A stretch of DNA of 24,886 nt. Origin: Amoebidium appalachense. Lineage: Eukaryota; Protista; Ichthyosporea. The notes below the pieces were generated by a model. That model was not told the origin of the DNA, ran no database searches, and was given only the letters and a program-made list of their open reading frames with translations. A program made the translations under genes and the position numbers. Of the stretch, positions 13,999-24,242 are shown piece after piece. Position 1 is the stretch's first letter, and each line of letters opens with the position of its first letter. The stretch spans positions 1 through 24,886 of the forward strand of contig CAVNZM010000057.1 of assembly GCA_963693365.1 (NCBI GenBank). Direction: 5' to 3'.

Positions 13999-15116
13999 CT
14001 ACTGCGATGTAGGGGGTCCGCCCCAAGGTCCCGTGGCGAGGCCCTGGTGTGACCAGACGGTGGCAATGGAGGCTTGCACGTCGCGGTGGGGCAGCCGGAT
14101 GTAGACCATGAATGCGTCTGATGCCCAGCGGCCAAGGGCTTTGATGGTGGCGTCAGGTAGGCCCGCTCTCTCAGCTGCAGTGGCCCCCCCTATGCGCAGG
14201 CTGTGGCCGGCGTACCGGTCGGGGTCGTAGCCCGCATGGTGTAGAGCTGTGCGGAAACCGGCGATGAAGGTGCTCTTGAGGTAAGGGCTGCCGTCGACGC
14301 TGAACAGGGGTGCATCTGGGTGGATGCCTGCCCTGGTTGACGAGACCCCCAGGAAGAGGGCTAGATTGGCTGCTGGGCAGAAGGAAGGCTCCTCCGGGAA
14401 GGCGGGCACCCGGATGGTAACACCCTTGCCCGTGGGGTCGGTCTTAGACGTCGGCAGGAAGACTGTTGCCCCAATCAGGCGGCCATCCTGCCATAGGAGC
14501 TGGACGTCGCGACGCTTGGCGTGAAGGAGGGGGTTGAACTTGGCCGCACATTTGGACGTGAACTCGCCCGAGCGCAGGAGGCACGAGCTGCCAAGCAGCA
14601 GGGCAGCCCACAGACGCAGGGCCTCCAATGAAGAGCCCGGTTGGATGACTGGGAGGAGGGCGCGGAGGTCGGCTGGGAGGAGGGGCTCGAGCACTCGTTT
14701 GGGCCGGTGGCTGCCTTCCAGCAGCAGGAAGCGGCCAGCCCCGCGGATAAACCACTGAAGGCTCTGCTGGCCGGAGCCCGCTGGTGGTGCCATGCCCAAG
14801 CTGCGGTGCAGGCTGTTGACGGCGGAGACGATGCTGGGCATGGTCCGGGCTTGCACCGCACGCATGGCGCACCAGGCAAGGAACAGCTGCACTTGGGCTG
14901 GGCAGGCTGGCAGGTAGCCACCATCAGGATTGCGGCAGTCCATTGCGTAGATGAAGTCGATAAACTGGCGCTGGTAGGACGAGTAGGAGGACTCCGTGCT
15001 GTCACCCACTGACAGCCGAGTGATGGTGCGGGCCACCTTCGGGACACGGGCCAAAACCTCGGGGGTGAACCACTGGGCAAGCCTACCATGGTCGCCACCA
15101 AAGGGGAGCAAGCCAC
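13999..15116 (-). CDS. Tyrosine recombinase (YR) of the retrotransposon, probably a spliced terminal exon
   Basis: Intact catalytic set R (LLRSGE), K (SKTD), HxxR (HSLRIGGAT), W (GRWAS), Y (MVYIR), plus N-terminal STESSY...FIDF core-binding region. No ATG before the domain; ctgtccctgcag acceptor ends at 15117. Confidence 0.93.
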
Positions 15117-15472
15117 CTGCAGGGACAGAGCTGTGTGAGCATCATGCCTAGAGTCCCAGGGGGGGGGGGGGGTAAAGGCAACGAGCGGGGTGGGCGGCAG
15201 GCAAGCGGGTGCACAGGCAGGCAAACAAGGGGGGGGAGGGGGGGGGGGGGGCGTAGCTAAAGGGCAGAGGATGCATGCAGCGCTGGCAGGGAGGGCGGGG
15301 GAAGGGGGAGGGGGGGGTATGCGCGCACAAGCCGCGGTGTAGGCGTGCGTGTGTGTGCGCTAGTGTGTGGGTGTGTATGAGCATGTGTGTGTAACACCGA
15401 GGTTAAGCATGCACGATTGAAGGGGCGGGTGGAGGGGTGGCAGGGTGGGGTTGGGGGGGTTGGGGGAGGGAA

Positions 15473-15511
<39 letters not shown>

Positions 15512-15805
15512 GACACGCCACAAGCAACTGTTGGCACTGCGGGCCAGCACAGAACAAAGAGGCACACCGTGTGTACACCGTAAGACCGTAATGTATTGTC
15601 CCAAACACTCCACCGGGTGAGTGAGGGAATCCGAGCAAATTCGTGTAGTGGGGGGGGGCCGGCCCCGGCCGCCACTGCAGAACATGAATCGTGCGATATA
15701 CAAAGTGGGAAGGGGGGAAGGGGGGGTGTCGGTGCCCCCCACAGCCCACACGCCAAGCCCAATACGAAGGCAAAGGAACAGGGGAGGGGGCTCGGCCCAG
15801 CCCCA

Positions 15806-17496
15806 TCACGAGAGAGGGGCAGCAAACCACCCCGCTAGCCACTCAGGCACGGGTGTTGGGACTGGTGCGTGCCACGGGTGCAGCCGGTCGAAAGTGGCCC
15901 ACTGTGCCCGCGAGATGGCATCCGCAATCGAGTTTTCCACGCCAGGGATGTGCTTGGCCGAGACCAGCACCGTGTAGCGCATTTCCATCAGCGTGATGAG
16001 ACGCAGCACCCGGGCAATGGCAGGGACGGGGGAGTGACGGGACGCGATCGTAGATACTGCACCGTCGTTATCGGTGAGCACGCGTATGTGGCTGTTGCGA
16101 CAGCTGGGACCCCAACAGGCCAGGGCCACGGCAATGCCAGCCAGCTCAAACAGCACGGAAGCCCACACATCTCCGCCAGCAATGACCGTGCGCCAATGGT
16201 CCGTCCATGCTAGGTGAAACCACGCTTGACCCCAGTAGCCACCGCATCCTATGCTGCCGGCCGCATCTGTGGTGAACATGTGATGCACGGGGGGGGTAAG
16301 CACACGTATGCCGTTCCACTCGGGGAGGAACTCCGACCACAGCACAACGTCGGCTCGTGCGTCGGCGCAGACACGGATGTGGTGGTGGGGCCCTAGGCCG
16401 GCCCTCTCAGCCTCCGCCAGCAGATGAAGCAAGCGTTGAAGAAAGGCACGGGCACGCCCCAGCGCCACAACCTGAGCACACCACATGAGCTTGCCGCACA
16501 GGGACCGTAGGTCTCGAACAGTGGCCTTGGTGCGACCCCGCCAATCGGCTAGCAGGGCCCGGAGCTCGGTCAGCTTGACGGCAGGTAAGCGGGCCTCCAT
16601 GCGCAGAGTGTCCCACTCGAGCCCAGAGTAGATGAGCGTGTGTGAGGGCAGCTGCACTTTGTCGTCGGCAAGCGTAACACCCACCTTCGAGCACACCCAC
16701 CGAAACACCAGCATGTTGAAGGCGCACTCTTGCAGCGTACGGCCGCCGAAAAAGAAGTCGTCCACAAAATGCTGTGTCTCTGTGGCGTTGAGGGCGTGGG
16801 CGAAGTGCTGCAGGGCCTGAGCTATGCGTTCCCAGAACGCTGGGCTGGACCGCAAGCCAAACGGTAGGCGGGTCTCCACATAGAACGCGCCTAGCAGCTG
16901 GAACGACAGCAGTGGCTGGTCGTCTGGGTGCACCGGGCCATGACGAAAGGCACCCTTCACGTCGTATGCCCCGAGGAAGCAGCCCTGGCCGAGCCGAGCT
17001 ACTGTTTGCATCACCGTGCGGATGGTGATGTACTCCAGCTGATCCGGGTAATCGACCCCATCGTTGATACTGGAGCCACGCGGGAAGGAAAGGTCGTGGA
17101 TGCGGCGGACGCCCGTGCCGCCCTTTTTGGGAACTGCCCCGAGGGGCGAGGATACAAAATAAGGATAAAGGGCCACCATCTCGTCGCGGGTGAAGGGGCC
17201 CAGGATGTGGCCGCATGCCACTTCCTTCGCAATGTCGGCTGCAAGCTGCTCACGGGCCGCCAGCGCGGACGGGTGGTTTCGGCCCACCCGGGTGACCCGC
17301 TCGCCGAAGTAACCGACCGAGAAGCCCAGCTCTAAGTCGCGGAGCAGAGCCTGCTGAAACGCACTGTCGGGGTGCGGAAACAACTCAAACAAACGGCGGA
17401 AGTTGGGGACAGATACGGTCTGTGGTGGTGCCGCTGGGGGGGGTGACCATGGGCCCCGCAGGGCAACGGAGAGGGCAGGCCCAGCGCTGACGTCAG
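15806..17496 (-). CDS. Reverse transcriptase / RNase H of the YR retrotransposon (separated from gag by the copia insertion)
   Basis: SPLGAVPKK, RRIHDLSFP, DVKGAFRH, LPFGLRSSP, FVDD; RNase H TDAAG, FEL, TDN, HIPGVENSIADAISR. The first 37 aa of the listed ORF come from the LTR. Confidence 0.95.
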
Positions 17497-18421
17497 TGTT
17501 AAATTGTATAAGTATTTGGGATGTAAGCAGAGACACAGTGGTGCAGTGTGAAAACACCACAGACACACACAACAACAAAACACGGAACGATCGGAGCAGT
17601 GTACACAACAGACATCAATGTTTAGACACGACTGAACTGAATTTATTCTGATCTTCGAATAAATACCTGAAATTCCTCTAAGTCCAATCCATACATGATT
17701 TCCGACCAGTCGGAAATCAGATCCATCTCTAATAGAAACCAATCATTAAGAACCAATTGCTTTCAGAGAGATCCGGTACGCGGAGGCGTACACGATAGGA
17801 CACAGACACTAGTTAAGATCAACTCGTGTCATCATCAAGGAAGTTCTAACCTATGACATACTGCAAAGACTCAGACATATCACACTTAACCTTGATGATT
17901 GGTTAAAGCCCGGCAACACATGAAAACTAAAGTGAATTAATGAAGTCTAAACACACATGCTATTCTAAGTGTAGCCTAAGTGTGTTACCGTCCAATGAAC
18001 ACGTATTAAGTAACACAAATCTACCTAACATATATTAGTAGAAAAGAAATACGATTATACACATGAAGACAAGGAGAGAAAGAAAAGAAAATAAGGAAGG
18101 AGAAAGAGGAAGGAAAAGAGAGCACAGATCAACAAACAAGATAGTAATAGCATAACTATAACCAGAGATATTTATGTACACACGAACATGTACACGTCTC
18201 TCCCTGAGTGGGTGGATCCGTGTACACACATATAAATATTCTAATCGATATTACAATACACGATTAAAGCCGATACAACACGATTACAAGTATACAAGCA
18301 TATCGGAGATCGATGCTACACTTTACATAATAGGAGTGTGGCATTTACACTAAGCATATGAACTGAAACATAACACAAACTGAGAAGATCTTACAATATG
18401 TAAATACTACGTATTATAACA
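17497..18421 (-). repeat. 3' LTR of the copia element
   Basis: TGTTA...TAACA, 925 bp, no difference seen from 23318-24242. Confidence 0.97.
17642..17647 (-). terminator. Candidate poly(A) signal AATAAA in the 3' LTR
   Basis: Minus-strand AATAAA followed downstream by a GT-rich tract (TGTTTTGTTGTTGTGTGTG). Confidence 0.45.
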
Positions 18422-18430
18422 TCCCCACTT
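18422..18430 (-). other. Polypurine tract
   Basis: Minus-strand AAGTGGGGA abutting the 3' LTR. Confidence 0.8.
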
Positions 18431-18529
18431 AAGACTTTGAAGTTTGTGTTATCATATCCCCACTGAACTAGTGAAATCTCCCCACTTGAGAACAGAAACG
18501 GAAAAAAAAAATTAAAGTGTGTACTTTTC

Positions 18530-18578
<49 letters not shown>

Positions 18579-18848
18579 AGGGGGGGGGGGGGAAGGGGGG
18601 GGGAAGGGGGGGGGGGGGGGAGGGGGGGGAAGGAACCGGGGCAAAAACAACGAATATATATAACGTGTATAGGCGGTGTTTGAGTAACTGGGTTTTAAAC
18701 CAGTGAAAGATAGAGTAGAGTGATGGTACAGGTCAAACCTTATATATAAACCCTAAGTGGGCATACCCACAAAGGCAATACATATGATATAATGATGTTG
18801 ATAAAGTAAGTAGTACACATGAGAAAATCACTCTTGAAGTAGGTCGGG

Positions 18849-21800
18849 TCAATCCACAATATCCGGTAAACAAAGTCGAGCACGATGGTGGACATGACTC
18901 GGGCCGGGGAGGGGTTTGGTGAGTATGTCAGCTAAGTTGTGGGCTGACTCAACGTAGTGGACAACCACGTCCCCACTGGCAATGTAGTCCTTGGTGTTGT
19001 GATACCGGACGGCAATGTGTTTGGTACGGTGCTTGATGCCGGTGGAGTTGACGATGGCAATGGTCGACTGGTTGTCACAGTACACCGGAGTCGGAGCAAG
19101 CATGGGACAGCCGAGTTCCTTGAAGAGGTCACGGACCCAAGCAACTTCTTGGGTGCCAGCATTGAGAGCAATCAGCTCAGCTTCAGTGGTGCTGGTGGCC
19201 GTGATGGGCTGGAGCTTGGAGTACCAGATGACGGGCATACCAGCAAACACGATAATGTAGCCGGTGGTAGACTTCTTGCTGTCGGCACAACCAGCAAAGT
19301 CAGCATCCGTGTAGCATTCGAGTATGGGGGACTGGGTGGCCGAGTACTTGTAGTCAATGCCAAGGTCAATGGTGCCGAGCAGGTACCGGGCCACACGACG
19401 GAGAAGGTCCCAGTGAGTCTTGCCGGGGTTGGTGCTGAATCGACCAAGGAAGCCGATGGCATAGGCAATGTCGGGACGTGTGCACCGTGCCACCCAGAGG
19501 AGACGGCCGAGTAACTCACGGTAGGGCACGGTGAACGGTTGGGGGGGGCAATCAGCCAGGGAGACGGTGGTGCCTGCAGGGATGGGGGTAGACTTGGACT
19601 TGGCATCGGTGAGGTTGAAGTCGTGGATGATATCCATGATGTAAGACCTCTGGTGCATGTGGAGGTGATGGGGATCAGAGTGATTAAAATCAACACCGAG
19701 CATACGGTCAAATGGACTCATACGACAGCTGGCCATCTTGCTGATGTGGGCAGCCAGGTCACTGGCAGCAGTAGAACCCCGGGTGTTGGTGATGGTGGAG
19801 TCATCGACGTAGTTACCAGCCCGTACCACATCGTTGTTGGGGAAGAACCGGAGGTAGATGCACGGGTCGGTCTTAGTACGGGTCAGGCCATGGGCAAGAA
19901 GAATGCCGTCGAGGAAGTCGTACCAAGCCTTGGAGGCTTGCTTGAGGCCGTACAGGGCTTTCTTGAGTCTCCAGACCTTGCCAAGTGTGGCCATGGTGAT
20001 GAATCCCGGGGGTTGTTTCATGTAGATGGTCTCGGTGAGTGGGCTGTTGAGAAAGGCCGTAGACACGTCGAGTTGATGTATGTCATGACCTTCAACAACG
20101 GCCAGAGCTAGGATGGCACGGAGAGCAGCCGGACGGATGACAGGGCTCTCAATCAACTCATAGTCAACACCGTATTGCTGACTGAAGCCTTGAGCAACAC
20201 CACGTGCCTTGATCTTGGTGTCACCAGCCGAGTTGAGAGTTTTCTCGGAGACAATCCACTTGAAGCCGACGATGTTAGCACCAGGGGGAGGGTCAACAAG
20301 TTCAAAGATGTCTTTGTCGACGAAGGCTTGATACTCAGCAGTCAGGGCTGACTTGACCTGATCACCATTGGGTCCGGAACAGAGTTGACGGACAAGTTTG
20401 GGTAGTTGGTCGATGTTGATGGGGGGACCGGGGGGGACTGGCAGGGTGGTGGTGGCTTGAAGTCCAACCTTGCCCTGGAGACGGGCAGAACGACGGGGTG
20501 CAGGAACCGGGGTAGGTGGAGACGGTGGGGGGGGAACTTGGAAGTTCGGAAGTGCAGGGGGGGCAACCTCCGGGCTGGACGGGGCCGAGTGGAAGTTGTC
20601 GGGGGAGCCGGGTCGGATGGGTGTGACGTTGCCAGGGGCAGGATGAGGGTCGGCAGGCTGGACGGGCACGGGGGCAGGGGGGCCGGTGGGGGGGGGTGTC
20701 GGGGGAACGACGATGGCAGGAGGGGGGCCAGAGTACACCAGACAAACATCATCTTCAGTGTCAACTGTGGGGGGTGGGGTGGTCGAGGTAGCAGTGGTGT
20801 CGGGGGTCGGAAGGGTTGATGGAATGTCGGACGGGAGATAAGCTGATTCGTCGAAAATCACATCACGGAAGAGGCCGACACGATGGGTGGTGGCATTGAA
20901 GATCCGGTGGCAGTGTGATTGAAGATCATAGCCGATATACATGCCGAGTTTGACGGTGGGGGCCAGCTTGTTCCGTTTAGAGGCTGGCACGTGAGTGTAG
21001 GCAGGGCAACCGAACACTTTGAGCTCGGAGATGTCGGGCTTGACACCGTAGAAAACCTCGAATGGTGTACGACCATTGGCAGTCGTGGACGGGGTGACGT
21101 TGATGATGTAGGCGGCATGTTGGAGGGCCTCAGCCCACAGTTTGGGAGACAGAGACTGATCTTGGACTTGATGGAGGAGGCAACGGACAATCTCTTGGAG
21201 GAACCGCATACGTCGTTCAACATAGCCGTTCAGTTGAGGGCAGTCCACCGGAGCATAGCTGGCCTTGATGCCCTGGGAGAGGCAAAAAGCACGGGTATCC
21301 TTGGAGGTGAACTCAGAGCCGGAGTCGAAGTGGTAAACACCAACTTTGGAGGGGGCATGGGTGGCAACGAGGTTGGTGTGAGCTGTGAGAATATCCAGGG
21401 TGGTGGTACGGTCGGCCATCGGGTAGATCTTGACGAGGCCAGAGGCACGGCAGACAGTGACGAGAGCAACCTTGGAACCTCCGTACGATGTTGTGGTAGG
21501 CTCAAAAAAATCCCAATGCCATTCATGACCGGGGATGTTGGAGTGAGGACGGTCACCCCTGAACGGAGCCTTGGTGGTCTTACCCATAATGCAGCCATGA
21601 CAATCAGGAACATCACAGTCGAGGACAGAGGAGGGGAGACCAATAACAAGGTCGTGTTTCACCATGTCCTTGATGCTGGTCATAGCTCGGTGCCCCAGAC
21701 GATGGTGCCAGATGGATGGGTTAACACTGGTAGTGGCAGCCAGAGCCACAGGACGAGTGGGTGGTTGAATGGTGTAGTCCTTGAAGTAATACAGACCGTT

Positions 21801-23255
21801 GTGTAGACGGAGGTTGACGAGATGACGGCCGGTGAGTCGGTCGAAGAGGAATGACGGAGTGGAGGCATCGTTCAAATCACCCTTGATGTATTCGGCAGCA
21901 GCTTGGGATGTTGAAATGAGGAAGGCTTGGCCAGACGGGGTGTAGTAGGCTTCAATGGTTAGGGTGGTAGTGCCATGGTCGGTGGTGGTGTTGATGACGA
22001 TATGGCCGGTGTGAGTGGCCAAGACGGGGGTGCCATTGAAGGCAGCAACGGGAGTCGGTGTCGGAAGGGGAGTGAGGTCATGGAAGAACTCACGGGTGGG
22101 GCAAACAGTCATGTTGCACCCGGAATCCCAGGCAGGGTCGGAGGACACGGGGACGGAGCTAGCATTGTATGCCGAGAAAGCAAAGGAGACAGATTTCTCA
22201 CTGCCTTGACGGGAACGGTTGTGTCTGGACATACGGCATTTCGGCTCAGGGCAATCGATGATCGTGTGATCAGGCTCGTGGCAGTAGGAGCATTCTTTCA
22301 CGGACGGGGTGTTAGAACGAGCCGGGGAATCAGAACGACGGGAACCCGAGAAACGGGAACGACTGGGGGAACGAGACGTGGACCGGAAGGCAGGCCGGTG
22401 GGGGGAACGGGATCGGGTGTGCTGACGGGAGAGACGAGTTCGGAGGTCCGTGCCAGAGGTACGGTCAAGTCGGGTGCGTAAGTCACGGCGAGGAAGATCA
22501 CGGGGGGGAGCACTGGCATTTAATGCCATGCTGGACTTGGGAGCACGGTGGGCACGGTTGTTCCGGAGTTGCATCTTGAGGTCTTGACGTAACTCGATGC
22601 CCTTGACGTGGTTATGGAGGGACTCGAAGTCGGGGAATAGCTTATCACCGAAGTGATAGTCTTCGATAAGACGATTGAACTCAGGGGTGAGGTCGTCTCT
22701 GGTGGTGAGTTCATTGAAGAACTTCTCAGCTAGACGAGTGAAGTGAATGGACTCATCTTGGAGAGACTGGAGCTGGTTCACGATGGTCTGCAGACGGCTC
22801 AGGTAGGTGGTGAATGATTCACCGGGCTGAAGGGCACAGGCATCCCACTGACGGTGAAGGATGCGGATCTGATCGGGTTTGCCTTGGAGATAGTGTTGAC
22901 GGAATTTCCACATGGCCCGTTCAGGGTCCATGCCAATACGGTACTGGGCAACGGTGGTGAGGACGGAAGGGTCGATGTTCTGTATCATATGGAGCAGGAG
23001 GCAATTGCGGGCCTCTTTGAGTTCCGCGGTAGTGCCGTAGCCATAGAAGGGGGGTTCACCGTCAACCGCGACGGTGGTAGGGGGGACGTAGTTGTCAGCA
23101 AGGACAACATCCACGAGTCGGACACCTTTAGTGCCGGTCATCATGCCGAGAAAAATGATTTCCCATTGAAAATAGGTAGTTTTGCTATCGGGACCAGTCT
23201 TCCCTTCACCTTTCCACATGGTGATTTTGTTTACGCCAGTTTTGTTTGGATCCAT
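18849..23255 (-). CDS. Copia Gag-Pol polyprotein, 1468 aa from MDPNKTG
   Basis: CCHC knuckle CSYCHEPDHTIIDC; protease WDSGC; WHHRLGH...CHGC; integrase HWD/FDSGSEF/NGYVER; RT KARGVAQG, QLDVSTAFLN, LKKALYGLKQA, YVDD; RNase H TDADFAG, STTEAE, CDNQS, ADILTKPL. Integrase precedes RT, the copia order. Confidence 0.97.
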   Translation of the reverse strand: MDPNKTGVNKITMWKGEGKTGPDSKTTYFQWEIIFLGMMTGTKGVRLVDVVLADNYVPPTTVAVDGEPPFYGYGTTAELKEARNCLLLHMIQNIDPSVLTTVAQYRIGMDPERAMWKFRQHYLQGKPDQIRILHRQWDACALQPGESFTTYLSRLQTIVNQLQSLQDESIHFTRLAEKFFNELTTRDDLTPEFNRLIEDYHFGDKLFPDFESLHNHVKGIELRQDLKMQLRNNRAHRAPKSSMALNASAPPRDLPRRDLRTRLDRTSGTDLRTRLSRQHTRSRSPHRPAFRSTSRSPSRSRFSGSRRSDSPARSNTPSVKECSYCHEPDHTIIDCPEPKCRMSRHNRSRQGSEKSVSFAFSAYNASSVPVSSDPAWDSGCNMTVCPTREFFHDLTPLPTPTPVAAFNGTPVLATHTGHIVINTTTDHGTTTLTIEAYYTPSGQAFLISTSQAAAEYIKGDLNDASTPSFLFDRLTGRHLVNLRLHNGLYYFKDYTIQPPTRPVALAATTSVNPSIWHHRLGHRAMTSIKDMVKHDLVIGLPSSVLDCDVPDCHGCIMGKTTKAPFRGDRPHSNIPGHEWHWDFFEPTTTSYGGSKVALVTVCRASGLVKIYPMADRTTTLDILTAHTNLVATHAPSKVGVYHFDSGSEFTSKDTRAFCLSQGIKASYAPVDCPQLNGYVERRMRFLQEIVRCLLHQVQDQSLSPKLWAEALQHAAYIINVTPSTTANGRTPFEVFYGVKPDISELKVFGCPAYTHVPASKRNKLAPTVKLGMYIGYDLQSHCHRIFNATTHRVGLFRDVIFDESAYLPSDIPSTLPTPDTTATSTTPPPTVDTEDDVCLVYSGPPPAIVVPPTPPPTGPPAPVPVQPADPHPAPGNVTPIRPGSPDNFHSAPSSPEVAPPALPNFQVPPPPSPPTPVPAPRRSARLQGKVGLQATTTLPVPPGPPINIDQLPKLVRQLCSGPNGDQVKSALTAEYQAFVDKDIFELVDPPPGANIVGFKWIVSEKTLNSAGDTKIKARGVAQGFSQQYGVDYELIESPVIRPAALRAILALAVVEGHDIHQLDVSTAFLNSPLTETIYMKQPPGFITMATLGKVWRLKKALYGLKQASKAWYDFLDGILLAHGLTRTKTDPCIYLRFFPNNDVVRAGNYVDDSTITNTRGSTAASDLAAHISKMASCRMSPFDRMLGVDFNHSDPHHLHMHQRSYIMDIIHDFNLTDAKSKSTPIPAGTTVSLADCPPQPFTVPYRELLGRLLWVARCTRPDIAYAIGFLGRFSTNPGKTHWDLLRRVARYLLGTIDLGIDYKYSATQSPILECYTDADFAGCADSKKSTTGYIIVFAGMPVIWYSKLQPITATSTTEAELIALNAGTQEVAWVRDLFKELGCPMLAPTPVYCDNQSTIAIVNSTGIKHRTKHIAVRYHNTKDYIASGDVVVHYVESAHNLADILTKPLPGPSHVHHRARLCLPDIVD

Positions 23256-23290
23256 GATTGAAAAACGAGCGCGAGTTCTAGATGTGTGTA

Positions 23291-23317
23291 GGGAGCGTGC
23301 AAAAGGGCTGCATAACC
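23291..23317 (-). other. Primer-binding site complementary to the anticodon arm (5' half) of initiator tRNA-Met
   Basis: Minus strand directly after the 5' LTR reads GGTTATGCAGCCCTTTTGCACGCTCCC. It starts GGTTATG rather than the TGG of a 3'-CCA primer. Confidence 0.8.
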
Positions 23318-24242
23318 TGTTAAATTGTATAAGTATTTGGGATGTAAGCAGAGACACAGTGGTGCAGTGTGAAAACACCACAGACACACACAACAACAAA
23401 ACACGGAACGATCGGAGCAGTGTACACAACAGACATCAATGTTTAGACACGACTGAACTGAATTTATTCTGATCTTCGAATAAATACCTGAAATTCCTCT
23501 AAGTCCAATCCATACATGATTTCCGACCAGTCGGAAATCAGATCCATCTCTAATAGAAACCAATCATTAAGAACCAATTGCTTTCAGAGAGATCCGGTAC
23601 GCGGAGGCGTACACGATAGGACACAGACACTAGTTAAGATCAACTCGTGTCATCATCAAGGAAGTTCTAACCTATGACATACTGCAAAGACTCAGACATA
23701 TCACACTTAACCTTGATGATTGGTTAAAGCCCGGCAACACATGAAAACTAAAGTGAATTAATGAAGTCTAAACACACATGCTATTCTAAGTGTAGCCTAA
23801 GTGTGTTACCGTCCAATGAACACGTATTAAGTAACACAAATCTACCTAACATATATTAGTAGAAAAGAAATACGATTATACACATGAAGACAAGGAGAGA
23901 AAGAAAAGAAAATAAGGAAGGAGAAAGAGGAAGGAAAAGAGAGCACAGATCAACAAACAAGATAGTAATAGCATAACTATAACCAGAGATATTTATGTAC
24001 ACACGAACATGTACACGTCTCTCCCTGAGTGGGTGGATCCGTGTACACACATATAAATATTCTAATCGATATTACAATACACGATTAAAGCCGATACAAC
24101 ACGATTACAAGTATACAAGCATATCGGAGATCGATGCTACACTTTACATAATAGGAGTGTGGCATTTACACTAAGCATATGAACTGAAACATAACACAAA
24201 CTGAGAAGATCTTACAATATGTAAATACTACGTATTATAACA
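23318..24242 (-). repeat. 5' LTR of the copia element
   Basis: TGTTA...TAACA, 925 bp. Confidence 0.97.

Larger units (their letters stand above)
17497..24242 (-). mobile_element. Full-length Ty1/copia LTR retrotransposon, 6746 bp
   Basis: Two 925-bp TG...CA LTRs, 5-bp TSD GTCAG (17492-17496 and 24243-24247), PBS, PPT and one intact gag-PR-IN-RT-RH ORF. Confidence 0.98.

Noticed and set aside
13334-14135. ORFs 13361, 13633, 13817 and the tail of 12769
   Set aside because: GC-rich read-through of the non-coding split direct repeats; the duplicated peptide reflects the B repeats.
17497-17608. N-terminal MCTLLRSFRV leader on the RT and Gag-Pol ORFs
   Set aside because: LTR sequence with a TTG start; the real copia start is the ATG at 23255.
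18035-18229. Hydrophobic 64-aa ORF in the LTR (env-like?), also at 23856-24050
   Set aside because: Arises from a CT-rich low-complexity tract, has a non-ATG start and lies within the LTR.
18932-23261. Antisense and alternate-frame ORFs within the copia gene
   Set aside because: Shadows of the codon-biased main ORF; no motifs.
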